Assembly (NCBI GenBank): GCA_003344405.1
Contig: NOWV01000032.1
Span: forward strand, 186,001 to 250,000
Direction: 5' to 3'
Source of the DNA: Trichoplax sp. H2
Taxonomy: Eukaryota
Length of the DNA: 64,000 nucleotides
The position numbers and the translations under genes were made by a program. Shown one piece after another: positions 32,146 to 45,250 of the stretch. Numbering within the stretch: the stretch's first letter is position 1; each line of letters begins with the position of its first letter. A model generated the notes under the pieces. It was not told where the DNA came from, did not search any database, and saw only the letters and a list, made by a program, of their open reading frames with translations.

Positions 32146-34929
32146 ATTCTTTAGAAGTTATCGTGTTACCCCTAAATATATTATTAATTTTTGCGATTAA
32201 AATTTACGCTTGGATTACTATAGTTTAATAGAAATCTAATGTAATAAATAATTAAATCTTGATGGTTACCACACTCCTTTTTTAACTTGTATGTGTCATT
32301 TTCAATTGGTGCATTCCTTACGCTCACATGTTACAGGTTATGCCGAGTAATTGTACTCGTATATTTTGAAAATATTAATGCGCAACGTTCATTACAACGC
32401 AATACACTGGATATGAAATTCTAAAACGTTGTATTTTACTGGAAGCCATAGTCTATCATGTGATTAAATACAGCTAAAATCATGTGCACTTCTATAACTA
32501 CAGTGTGGCATTTTCTTACTATGTAACTGCATAGTATTATTGGAAAGCGTTATCAATTACCCAAAAATATTGTATCAGAATATGTTAGTTTTGGAGTAAA
32601 GGAATAAATAAAAGTATCAAGAATCATAATCAGGACTTATATAATTTCATATACGATTATTTTTAATAGTTAGGTTCACGATACAGATAATAATAAACTT
32701 TATAAATTAGCGGTGCCGATTCGTTCTCATGATTCTTGCCCTCAAAATTTATGTAATGCTAGATAAGATATAATATTTATGACTCACGATGTTCAGTAGT
32801 AGTTAGTAAATTGTCTTAGTCAACTTTAACTAGCATATTCGTGAATCATGGCCGTCTCAGGAATTCGAATTCTATCCACTTTGTGTAAACATGCGATATA
32901 CAGTTTACAACGTTGTGGCAGATTTATTGGAAGGTGCTGTTGAAATATCTAATACGCGTATGTAGGAATGCCAGAAGTCATGACCGCTGACAGTCAACTC
33001 GGTACTACCGCCTTGGTCAAGATTGGCCACTGTAAATTTGTACGATAGACCGCGATGAAAATTCAAGTTGAATTTATACTGTAAGCACCTCTACTTGTGG
33101 CTTACATGTATAATTTTACCAAGTGATGATTTTTTGCATTTATAAAATGATTTGAGATGCTATACTGTACCAATACCTATAATTTAACATGATATTAAAT
33201 ACTGATGACGATTTGCTGTTACATGGCATATATCAGAACTCTAATTGAATCGTATTGACATACTGTACAGTATAGTAAATAGCCGTATATGAATGCACTA
33301 CAGAATGCAATACACAAAGCGATTTCTGTATTACAGTACCATAGTTTCGCAATACTCGTTATGAAATGGATACAATCGAATTAAAGTCGCTCAGAGATAA
33401 CTTACGTACGGGTAGTATTTCTACAGACTACTAGATATACAATCCAGTAGTCTATGGTATTTTCTTCTACTATATACACACACTTATTAAATATGAATAT
33501 GTAATAATGCGCATACTGTACAGCATACGAAGTAACCTGCACAGATTCATGTTTTTCACTGTATGTAATTAAGTGAGTAAGTATAGCGTTAACCTCCAAT
33601 ACGAGTACTGACGTCCGTAGTAGCCGATGAGATTATAATTAGTATAACCCACAAGGTACCATCGGCAATGCAGCGAGATAATTAACTACGTTAGTCGCTA
33701 TCAAAGGATCTGTTTTACTCACATGCTTCAACTCATTGTAAAGAATTGATTTTATGTAGGCTATCTTCATTCAAATTCTACACTAGTTCTGATCATGATA
33801 CAATAAAACAACCTAAAGTCGCCGATGAAGAAAAGTTGAAAAGAAAGATTGATAGCATTTGCAATCATTGGACAAGAACCAGCGAGCAAAAGTGGAGGAC
33901 GGCACTGACAAAAGGAAATCGTTGTAATATAAGTACAGAAACTATCAATAAATGTTTACGCAAAGTCAACCAGTTGCAATATCCCAACAATGATCTACAT
34001 TCTTAGCATCACTTGACTGGACTACAGTATAATTAAAGCCAGAACCATGGACTATTAAGAAAGATATCTTTAAAAGTCCATGCTAGAACTTTACTAGTTT
34101 CGTTCACCTTACTTCAAGCAAGATAATAATTGACTGTGGATAAATATACAGTACGGTATACACTACGTATACGACACATAAAAACAAGCCACCTACACGG
34201 ATTGTGATAGTGCCTTTTGAAAACAAATTTATTATATTAAATTCATAGATACGTTAGCCATTAGATCCTTGTAATAGAAACCATACGTAATCAACACTGA
34301 TAATTATAGTGATGGCACTAAAAACCCACTTCACGTGTACTGATCTTTCTTGTACCAAATATTAGATAGCTGATTCATTTACAACTAGAAAGAAGTGCTC
34401 GATCTTATATAGTGGTAATAAGTGGTAAAGTTAGCAGCTAACATGCGGATTACCACAGTGATTAATGAAATTAGTAGATACTTAAACAATTATTCGATAA
34501 AATAAGAGCGTAATATATCTACATTTATATAAAAATAAAATAAGCTAAATTTCATAGTTGGTTGATCAATCCTCGGATATAAATGAAAAATTAATGTATC
34601 ACTGGCGTGCAATGAAATATACACATAATTGTATTTATGCAATTTACAGAATGTCGTAACATTTCACTATCAATAACAAACAAACAGTATTTCCAGAACT
34701 TAATTGTGAAACACTAATTGTAAGTACGCATATATATATATATATATTTATATATTTGAATGCGTTATTAACACATCGTATTTGTTGGTGAAGTCAAATA
34801 AGCTGTCTAATTAATTTAAATTAGTAATGGGTATAATTTAATCAGAATGGTTAGCATGAGAAGTAAGTTGTACAACAACTTTAGTCTGGCATCACTAGAT
34901 GAATTATTTGATTAAATACTTAAAACTGA

Positions 34930-37164
34930 TTACATAAGATTAACTTGTCCAGTAGCTTTCTCGGCTTCAAATAATAGTCGAACACATTCCTTAACTACTG
35001 CAGCATTGGCAATGTTTATATTATGGATTGTATTCATCTTGATTAGTTGTCGAGGTGTTACTAAGTTCTTATTCAAGATATTGGGTCTGGCACCAGAATT
35101 TAACAATAAGGCAATCCAAGATGGTTTCAAACTAGCAGCAGCTTCATGCAGGGGACTATTAGCACCTTTATCACATTTATTAACATCAGCATTATATAAA
35201 ATGCACATATTTAAGCAATGTTCAATCAATTTATCAAATCTTGTTTGAAATAATGAATGATTAAACTGTGGCTTATTGTTACAGCATAATAACTCATGTA
35301 ATACCGTCCGACCGTTCTCATAGCATGCATTCACATCACTACCATGTTCTAATAGTAATTTCAAGCAGTTAAATGCTGTTATTTGAGTAAATGATTTCTC
35401 AACGTCAAATTGATTATTGCTAACAATAGCAACTAATATATCTAATTCTTCAGTCATGGGATTCTTATCAGGTTGTAAACTGATTTTCTTGAAGTAGTTA
35501 TAAACAACGATTTCTAGTAGTGCTACTGTTTTGGGGATAGAGCCATAATCCCCATAGATAATATTCGTATTAGCACCAGCTTTTAGCAGCAATTGCATAC
35601 ATTCAGGGTGGTAATATTTCGCAGTTGATAGTAACGGACAAAATAAGTGGTAATCTTCGGCTTGTAATAACTGTAAGAACATATCAATTCGTCGCAATGG
35701 ATCTCTTTCTCTTGTAGATAACAAATGTATTCTTTGATCAATAACAGCACCTTCATTAATCAAAACTTGTAAACTATCACAACAGCCATGGGTAGCAGCT
35801 AATAGCAATGCTCGACAACTTTCAGATCGTGGAGAGAATGAATGTTCTGAAATTAAGTATTGAACACCTTGGCTAAAATTACTCCGCGTAGCTACTTCTA
35901 ATGTGTTGAAATTGCCAAGATACTCAGTTATTTGTAAATCTTCATATAAGCAATATCGATTTTGAACTAGTAATTTTAAACAGTCCAATTGCTTCCATCG
36001 TAATACAGCTGCCAAAGCCGACATGGTCGGCTGGCGAGATTCATTTGCACCACCGATCTTGGCCGTCCTAGCATGGTGAGTAAGCAATAATCCTACACAT
36101 TCGACATATCCTAATATAAGCGCCCACCACAGTGCTGTACAACAACATCGATCTTGTTCATTAACCTCGTCAACTGAGCATGTCTTTAAAACTGAACGTA
36201 GCCGTTCAATATTATTACACATGACGAGTTTATGTAGGCTAGGCATAACATAAGCATCAGCAATTTTAGTGATTAGGACTTGTAAGCACTCCATTTGATG
36301 AGAAAAAGCAGCTAAATGGAACAACGTTGAGTTAACACGTTTTCTAGCTAAGTGGTTAATATTGGCTCCACGATTCAATAATAATCGTAAGCAATGGGTA
36401 TGACCTTTTACAATAGCTACACGAACAGGATGGTTATATTTGCCACCATTACTATTACCGAAATTTCGAGTGAAAGGTACAGTACGTTTGGCTTTATTAT
36501 CAGCGGCATAACGATTAATATCAGCACCAAGACGTATTAACGTAGATCCCCACACATCGAAGCCATCACGCATGGCTTGAATTAGAAATAAATTTATCTC
36601 TGTTACACGATCACCAGTATTATTCGACGAAGAAGAAACATAAGAGATCCATTTGATTGTCGATTTTAATGAATTATTATTATTACCGGTAGAATCATAA
36701 ATCATTTGCTGATAATTGTGATTATAAGATCCTAGGACAAATTGGTAATAACATCGAAGAGATGTATCACTTGGAGGCTTAAATCGTGGAAACAATCTCT
36801 GATGGTACTTGTACCCTAAATAGCTTTTACTATAATAGCGATAGTATGTATCGCCGTCGACTAACACTGGCTTACTTGTCAACTCAGTCATGATTTTTTG
36901 TTTCCAAAGATATTTCGAGCTAGCGATATACGCAAAGGCACGACAGCAACATGCCATTCTGGCCACATCACACCCAAGAAGGAATTCCATGACTCGAGTT
37001 AAAATTTCGTCAGGTAAATCCTGCAAGGTCAAACCTGGGGTGGATTCTGCGGCGTGTATTTGATGCGAAGCATCTTCCTCAGGCGGTAACTGATCGATGG
37101 ATAAATGCCCTAATTGGCTAGCGACGATAAGGTCTGGTGACTGTAATGAGTTCTTTTCTGCCAT
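34930..37164 (-). CDS. Single-exon F-box + ankyrin-repeat protein, 744 aa
   Basis: Uninterrupted ORF. N-terminal F-box (LQDLPDEILTRVMEFLLGCDVARMACCCRAF...LWKQK). Roughly a dozen ankyrin-like repeats (e.g. HPVRVAIVKGHTHCLRLLLNRGANIN, TALWWALILGYVECVGLLL, SPLHEAAASLKPSWIALLLNSGARPN). Confidence 0.9.
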   Translation of the reverse strand: MAEKNSLQSPDLIVASQLGHLSIDQLPPEEDASHQIHAAESTPGLTLQDLPDEILTRVMEFLLGCDVARMACCCRAFAYIASSKYLWKQKIMTELTSKPVLVDGDTYYRYYSKSYLGYKYHQRLFPRFKPPSDTSLRCYYQFVLGSYNHNYQQMIYDSTGNNNNSLKSTIKWISYVSSSSNNTGDRVTEINLFLIQAMRDGFDVWGSTLIRLGADINRYAADNKAKRTVPFTRNFGNSNGGKYNHPVRVAIVKGHTHCLRLLLNRGANINHLARKRVNSTLFHLAAFSHQMECLQVLITKIADAYVMPSLHKLVMCNNIERLRSVLKTCSVDEVNEQDRCCCTALWWALILGYVECVGLLLTHHARTAKIGGANESRQPTMSALAAVLRWKQLDCLKLLVQNRYCLYEDLQITEYLGNFNTLEVATRSNFSQGVQYLISEHSFSPRSESCRALLLAATHGCCDSLQVLINEGAVIDQRIHLLSTRERDPLRRIDMFLQLLQAEDYHLFCPLLSTAKYYHPECMQLLLKAGANTNIIYGDYGSIPKTVALLEIVVYNYFKKISLQPDKNPMTEELDILVAIVSNNQFDVEKSFTQITAFNCLKLLLEHGSDVNACYENGRTVLHELLCCNNKPQFNHSLFQTRFDKLIEHCLNMCILYNADVNKCDKGANSPLHEAAASLKPSWIALLLNSGARPNILNKNLVTPRQLIKMNTIHNINIANAAVVKECVRLLFEAEKATGQVNLM

Positions 37165-37654
37165 GGAGTCTCACAGCTGCAGCACTAGCATACCAAACTT
37201 TCAATTTCCCTTAACAATTAATTAATGGAATCAGTTCTAAAACGGTCCAGTCACCACAATCAAAGTTGGTTAGCGTCTAGTACAGTGCAGTGCAACACTA
37301 ACTACCGCTTCAATTCAATTTTCTTTATTTTATTTAGCTAAAACCAGCCCTAGTAGTAAATTACTGTTCAGTATTTGAACCAAACTAGAGTAGAAAGTTC
37401 CAATTAAATGATTTCATTTATTTAGTGTCAACTGTGCTACAGTAACAGCAACGTACTGTACAATACTTGTCAGTAGTAACTTCGACCATCCTTTCGCTAG
37501 TAGTCCACTGTATGGATTTCGTATGACTGTAACCGTACGTCTGTACCGTAAGCTCTAGCGAAAGAGGGATCGGCCGGCAGTCTAATTTTTTTGACGAGTC
37601 CCGGTCTCGTTCAGGGTCCGGGTCTACGGTCCCTGAGGCTTTGTGAAAACATCA

Positions 37655-37905
37655 CAGTGTACTGTACAGTATGTACTGTACTGTAGAGTGTGCAGTACTG
37701 TAGTACTGTACTGTGTGTCGAAAAAAATGATGTCACCCTTATCCTAGGTAGTAGGTACTGTAGCAGAGTACTTAGTATCGTAGAGTCGATCCTAGTCGTG
37801 GACCCTCACACAAAGGCGTACAGTAGCTAATGTTGTATAGGAGCTTGAGATAGGCTTGTGTATAGTATGTTGGACCTTACGGTACTGTACTATACAGTAC
37901 AGTAC
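37655..37905. repeat. (TACAG/CTGTA)n patches upstream of the F-box/ankyrin gene
   Basis: cagtgtactgtacagtatgtactgtactgtag...cagtactgtagtactgtactg at 37655-37715 and ggtactgtactatacagtacagtac at 37881-37905. Confidence 0.8.
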
Positions 37906-39425
37906 AAAGCACAACTTTCGCTACAGTACAAACTGCAGGGTGACATCATTTTTTCTTCAGTTAAACAATTTAGGATGTAAACATGACTTTGGTAGCGTAC
38001 TGCATAATATAATATTTTTTTTTTTTTTTTGAATCGAAACACAGTACAATGAGCGGTCTCTAGATGGATTACTCTTTCGGTCGTCGACAAGCAAACTTTC
38101 AGTGATTGTTCTCTACACTTAAATATCGCATCACTATCACATTAGTGTTCATTGTTTAGAAGACAGTGCATCATTCTTACTATAACGGGGCAACTATTGT
38201 AATTATACAAAGTAAGAACTGCACTAAGTGTTTTAATCGTGCTAAGATATTGCCTACCAGTGTACGTACTGTATTGGGCGGGTGGGCGGTGGACAAAATA
38301 ATTTGGTAGAAATTTGAAACAGGCAAATATTTAGTTAAATGCAGGACACTGGTGCCTACTGCAACTGTGATATATTGTAAAATTACAGGATATTACTACA
38401 TTACTACGTATTTACTGAATTATCTATTGCTATTTCTCTAAATAAATAACAGTATGATAACACCGTAATTATTTACGAAACAACTCGTTACTTTACAAAG
38501 TAACGAGCGTCTTCATTCATGCGATGTATTTTACGGTTTAGAAAAATGCTCTACACTTTTTTATGCAACGGTCGTCAACTTTGCAAGCTTGCTAGTACCA
38601 GTTTGGCGGAATAAGTCTGTACTACAAGCGAGCAAATCAATCACCAATATAATGTTAATTCTAATTCGTTCCTAATAAATGAACAACGATTTTCTGCATC
38701 CCTTTAATAATATAATTGATTAATAATTACACGCTAGCTGCCAAATAAAATATGAATAGTTTATCAATAAAATATGTCAGGTATAAATCGAGCATTAAAA
38801 GCTGTAAAGCCTGTATTTAAATTGGCATATCCGCTGCTCAGAAATACAATTTATCATTCAGTTTACAATGTAAAGCACAAGCAGGAACAGGAGCCGTGCG
38901 GATGCAATATAAGCGAATATCTTGCTCTAGCAGCGATATGAAGCTATGATTCAAACTTCAAACAGTATGTACATTATTCAGCATTAATATAGATCTCAAA
39001 TTTGATAAGAAATACTCTCAATATTGTTTGGTAAGTGGATGGATAGTTGTATAATATACAAGTATAAAATTTATTTCTCGAAATATTAGGCCCTAAGCCA
39101 AGCAGGCCTATCCCAGCAAAACCATTTGCATTTTATAATACGAGTATAGTAGGATGATTCAAACATATAATTTACCGCATTAGCATTTTAGTTTGTAACA
39201 TAACAAATCATGACCTTTTAAATACTCTCCTTGTTATAAACTATCCCATTAGTATTCGCTATTCACAGTATGACCCATACTAAAACTATAAAAACTATGT
39301 CATATACGCCAATATTGGAAAACAATTGCAATAGCAAAATAATCAACATTTTAATAGCATGTCTAAAATTAAACGCGCATTAAACTAAAACAACTTAATC
39401 GCACGTAATTTCTAATACTGTAATA

Positions 39426-42400
39426 TCAAACGACAGTTTCTGCGACAACTTTACATTTTGAAATTGTGTAAGAATCGCTTACACTATCGATGCCACAACT
39501 TTCTGCGGAATTGGGCGAAGTGTAATCCTTAGGTTGTTCTATTTTCCTAAAATCATCACTTGATTTCACATTAACCATCTCATTGACATTAGCCTCACTT
39601 TTAGGGACTTCGTTTGCAGTTGATAGTATGTTATTAGCATCAACTGCTCCATTCCATGTTTTCACGAGTGAGGACTCTATCAATTCTGATTTGCTAATAG
39701 TTTCATTATTGTCAGAATCCTCCGAACTTTCAACACAAAAAGATATGACTTTTTCAGTCCAATGAGAAAAAGTTGAGGTTCCAAAATAGTCGTATAGTAA
39801 ATTGGCGCCAACAGTGCGTTGGGCATAAAATAGTATATAGGCATCATTCGTAACAATAAAGTCGCTTGAAACTTCCTCAACTCTAGCATCATCAAATGAA
39901 TACCAGCGTCCGTTACTTGGATTTCTGCAACATGCCGTATAGTGGCCGCTACCCATGTTTCCATGATGATTGCATACGGCATACAAATCATATATACTAC
40001 TTTGATGCCTGAAATCTCGTTGGTTGCGATAACTTCCGTAACTATGCATATCATCGCTATCTGGCCGTCCGATAAAATCTGACATATCTAGCCCAACAAT
40101 AGGGAAGCTTACAATGTCATGTAATTTGGTAAAATGTGCTCCAATCTATGAATAATAGAAAACATAACTCATATTATTCGTTATAGCTTGACTGGTAATG
40201 ATAAATATAGACAATCCTAACCTGTTTAAACCTCTTCAAATGTACAATCATCACTTCTGGTAATGTCCACATGCTTAATGTCTTTGTTATACCACGTTGA
40301 ACTTTATGGCATGCTGAGCAATTCCACTCACTGTCTTCACAAAGCTACATGAAGTAAAAAGTTTATTTTAATCTTTCGTACCAGTGCTATGGCGTAGAGT
40401 TATGTAACAAGATCAATTACCTTCTCTTCTTTGGTATATATCTTTAAGCAATCATATAACGTAATACTCGAAGGAAAATTCCCCTTCTCAGCAACAGTTA
40501 TATCCTCTATTGGTTTTTCTTCAATAACACAACCTATGATTCTAATATGGGTTTCCGAAAATAAATTTATAAGCTCATGCCTTTAATAGATGTAAATTAT
40601 GCAAGCACAATACTGAAATTTAGTTACTAACGAAAGATGCTTTACGTAACATGCTAATATGTAGTTACTGTCAAGCTTACTTGTCTTTCATTTCAGCGTC
40701 CCATTCTATCATCAATTCAATGTGAGACGGACAATTCTTACATACTGACAGGGCTCTATACAAAAGTAAAAGTCGATCGGATATGTCATGGATAGATATC
40801 TAGTCTAAATTGAAATAATATATATAGATGCACGTATACCTGTCTATAATTTGATTTTGTAAAGGATATTCGTCGGTTTGATTCAATAGGCCCAAATCTT
40901 TTGTAGCATTAACAAGTCTTAAGGCAAATGGTGGATTATCATTGGAGTACTAATATTACAAAATTGAATAAAGCAATCATGAAGTGATTCAAGAGTAACG
41001 TGTAACAACGCTATAAATAATAGCGCTTAAAATCGGCAGGCATTGTACAATTTCCAACCTCATAATTAATCCTTTCCGTAAGCGTCTCCGAAATCTTTCG
41101 TAAAATAGCTTTAGCTAGATCTTCGTAACTAATGTTGCGATGACATCGAAAAGCAACAGGTCGGCCAAATCTATGTGAAAAGTACCTAACCTGAGCATTC
41201 TATAAACACTAGTGTGGTGATAGTACTAATACATACAAGGGACCTGCATCAGTTACAATTTTATCCCAGCAATGAATCCTACCTGGTTGCCGTGTATCCA
41301 CTACCTCTCCTATTGATAATAACAATGGCAATCGTTTCTGAATTGTTAACTTCTTGATATGTCTCTTCTGTAGCTTTAGGAGCAATGTTAGCCCGATCTG
41401 CTGTCTCCGTAGCGTCATCGATACAGTTCGGAAGCTCCATAATATAGCAGGTATCGTTACTACTAATATCCATCACCAGGTCTTTACTGCTTAATAAACG
41501 ACGAATCCCATAATAATCCACACTAGCCACTAACATTAATTCTGGCTTGATATTCGTCTGCTGGCTGAATATCTTACATAAACTATCAACCGTCTCATCA
41601 GGCGATATATCAACACCAAAGCGGCAACACTGCTTTAATAAATCGTAGTAAACAACTGTGGCTGACACAAATCGGGTATCACGCTGTAATAGCGGCAATG
41701 ATACACATAAAAATGGGTCAAATGTATTAGACTGTTGATTGCAGGAAGGGCAAGTAAGAGATGACCTCAAATACGCTTGAAAAGTATCCAACACAAAACT
41801 ATCATTACATCTGCAATAGTTAGCTAAAACCTCGGCTGCAACAGCTTCAACCGGGCGACCAACACTGTCCTAGAATGTAACATTTATTGCAACAAAGTTA
41901 CACAATTCTGATAAAAATAATGTCTACACATTTGACAGCATTGTTGTTACCCTTACTGATAGTCACATAATCGGAAAGATACCGCGTAACAAGTACTGTA
42001 TACACGCACAAGTTTAGTTCGTAATCCGAATAAGTACTAATGTAGATCAAGTTGATATTGGTGTTTAGTTTATCGTGGTAAATATATGCACACAAAGTCT
42101 TACAGACTGTGTATCAGTACTTTTTGCATTGCTCTCAATGCCAGTTTGTTGCTGAGGAGCACCTGAGCTAGATAACAGATTGGTTTTCATCAAGAACTAT
42201 TTTACAATCTTGTAATTCATGTTCATATATTTGCATCAAGAAAATGCACAATGAGAATCCTTCGAAAGTCTATCGAGACACAAGACTAATTTTTGCCAGG
42301 GTATTCAATTATCGTTGGTATGACACGATGAACGAGTCAAAATATGAATAACCTGTTCATAATAAAGTTGGTAGCAGCGTCGGTATTTGTAATAAGTGAC

Positions 42401-44531
42401 AGTACAGTAGAAAGCATAAATGGAAGACGAACAGCCTTTACGCTTTCTACAGTAATGCACACATACTCATTTAAAGATGCATTAACACTGAATGAGTACA
42501 GAATATGCATGGATAAGTGTAGACTGACTAAATGAATTTATAAGATTAAATTAAAAGAAGATTACAGTAAAATTAAAAAGAGCGATAAGAATATAGGCAA
42601 TTACGCACGATGACTACCTGGTAAAATGATCTCAATTATGTCTGATTCTATCGCTATACATAAATAAAATAGATAACTTTGAAGGTAATCGTCAACGAGC
42701 ATTGACAAGCGCGTTGCATGAAATCAGATCAAGTCATGGTCTCTACATGAAACATTCTCATCGCTTTTGCATTGCGTGAACAGCACTTGCATACATACAG
42801 TATACAGTATGAGCATATCTGTTGTGACGGGTAGCCTTGATTTGTGCGTATACTGTATAGCTACATAACTCATATACTATAAGATGAACGAATTTACATT
42901 TTACGGAGCAATTCGTTCGATAAGATCTTTAGCGTTTGCACGTTTTGTCCAACTAAAACAGTGTGCAGAACTTAGCTCTGTCAGCTTCTTGTATTTACTT
43001 TACGGTCACTAAAATCACTAAAACGGAGATTCCAGATACTACAGTACTGTACAATACTGTACTGTAATGTATGTACTGTGCAGTACCGAAAAGTACAGCC
43101 CTGTTGTCAGCAGGATCGTGTAATGTTATACTGTACACTAGTAGTTAGCGTATGAACGCGGCACATACTGTACTGTACAGTACATTCCAATTTTTCTCCT
43201 GCTCTTGTCAAAATACAAGATTTGCGAACAAGTTTTCTACAATTATAATCAACTTTAAATTTCAATCTATCACTATAAAGTATTAAACAGAATAAGATAT
43301 CACTAAGTTAGCATTTTGCAACTCAAGCAGAAAAATTTCGATAACATTCCCTGTGCAAAACTACATTAGTCAGTTGTGCTGTAGCAGATTTCGTTAATAC
43401 ATATATACAGTACAGTACATAAATAAATACAGTAACTATAATTCTACGCGTTATACTGTACATCTTCCATTTTAGATTGACAAAACAAAAAATATTTCAA
43501 GTGAAACTCCCTAGCAGGAGCTTCCAATATTTTCGTTGTACCTCAATATACAACGAATGGGCAAGGGATAAAAGAGACTTACTGCTAGTGTTACAGTATT
43601 AACTACGCGTATTAACTACATTTGTGTATTATGGTAGACGCTATCAACTGACCTTGGTCGCTTTGTATTTACTCTTAACAGCACGATTTAAATCTTCATG
43701 AATTTTGTCCAGTAACCACAACAGAAATTCTTGAGCATCATGTTGATTAGAACCACGATACTGGCTACAATATTTACCAACCACAGCTTTAAAATCACTA
43801 GACATTTGTGCATCGTAGCGGCATGTCCACATCCCTTTTAATAACACAGCAATTTGCTCGGTCAATTCACCATTAGTTGTTAAATTTTTCGATTTTTTTC
43901 GACGTTTGACGTCCATTTTATATTCGCCTAAGACAAAATATTTTGCTAATGAATCTGTATTGCATAAACACTGCACAATGGCATTCATGAAACAAGTGTT
44001 GCCATGATTTCTCAATCCAGATACACCAGGTACTTTGCCATGGGTTAGGGAGCTAACGCTTGATTGATTTTTACTTTTACTACTACTAGTAGAGCCGCTC
44101 GAAGATTTTCTGTAATTTTCACCACATTGTGAATCATCTAGTCCATTAATATTAGCTGCGATCGTATTCGCCTGATATCCAGAAGAAATTCTGGTGACAG
44201 CTTTGACAACCTTACCGAGTAAGCTTCGTAGTGGGGTACCAAGTGACCAATTACCTTCATCTTGATTACTGCTAATACCTGTACTACTGCCATGATGACT
44301 AGTAGCACTATCGTTATCGTCTATCCTTTTACTATTAACTTGAGATTCTTGCTCGGACCGATGGTTGTAATGCTTATTAATAAAGTTTTTATCAGAAGAT
44401 TTCTTAACTGTTTGTTTCTTAATACCACAAGCTACGTTATTCAACAACTGGTCGTCAACACTGGTTATGCTAATACGAGCGCGTCCTCCATGCAACTCGC
44501 CTTTTGCAACTCCAACTTCACTATTAAGCAT
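39426..44531 (-). CDS. USP31: Ubiquitin-specific protease USP31/USP43-like, multi-exon
   Basis: Cys box VPGVSGLRNHGNTCFMNAIVQCLCNT; QHDAQEFLLWLLDKIHEDLN; FDPFLCVSLPL; LPEVMIVHLKRFKQ; His box YDLYAVCNHHGNMGSGHYTACCRN...WYSFDD...AYILFY. First in-frame ATG is at 44531; an upstream exon cannot be excluded. Confidence 0.88.
43038..43185. repeat. Weaker (TACAG/CTGTA)n patch inside the long first intron of USP31
   Basis: acagtactgtacaatactgtactgtaatgtatgtactgtgcagtac ... tactgtactgtacagtac. Confidence 0.65.
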
Positions 44532-45028
44532 GTTTCCTTTATTCAATTTTAGTAGCGATCAATGTGACCAAATGTCACATTAACAACGTTGATGATCGAT
44601 TAAAATAAAAAGCTGCTTGTTAATTGAGCAATAAGATAATAGGGATATTTGATGTCGTAGTTTGGGTCAACAAATAAGTAAAGTTTCAATTTTAATCTTA
44701 ACGAGATTAACTAAGCTACATACGAGTACATACGAGTACATACGGTGTACAGCCAGTACTCGCGTTATCTGAAAAGAGACGACAATACTTCTTGAAAAAC
44801 ACTTTACAATCTTGACTATAGTTTTACAGATTTTAGATCGCTATAGCAATGCAGTCAATGCTATCAGTAAATCAGCCAACGAATGATAAAAATAACATAA
44901 TTCCTAGCACATAAAAGTAAAATTTAAAGTTGAAGTTTAAATTACTTCGAACCAATGATTTACCATATAAATGTCATCTTGTAGGCATTTCGTTAAACTT
45001 GAATTGGAGATTTTCTAAGAAACGCATT

Positions 45029-45250
45029 TACTGTATGTACTGTACTGTATAGTACCGTACAGTGTACAGTACAGTATTCGGTTTACGCCCGCATCGTGAA
45101 TTTTCAATACGGGCACTAGCGAGCGGAGAGTACAGTACGGTAATATGGCAAAGATGTACTGTATGTACAGTACAGTACAGTACCGTCGATCAGAAATTTC
45201 GACGACAAAATACTGTACAGTACAGTACAGTACAATGTTATACTGTAGAG
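45029..45250. repeat. (TACAG/CTGTA)n cluster upstream of USP31, with scattered units to about 45600
   Basis: Direct reading, e.g. tactgtacagtacagtacagtacaa at about 45211-45235. Confidence 0.88.

Noticed and set aside
34930..34945. Legionella AnkB-like farnesylation signal on the F-box/ankyrin protein
   Set aside because: The C-terminus is VNLM with no cysteine at -4, so there is no CaaX motif.
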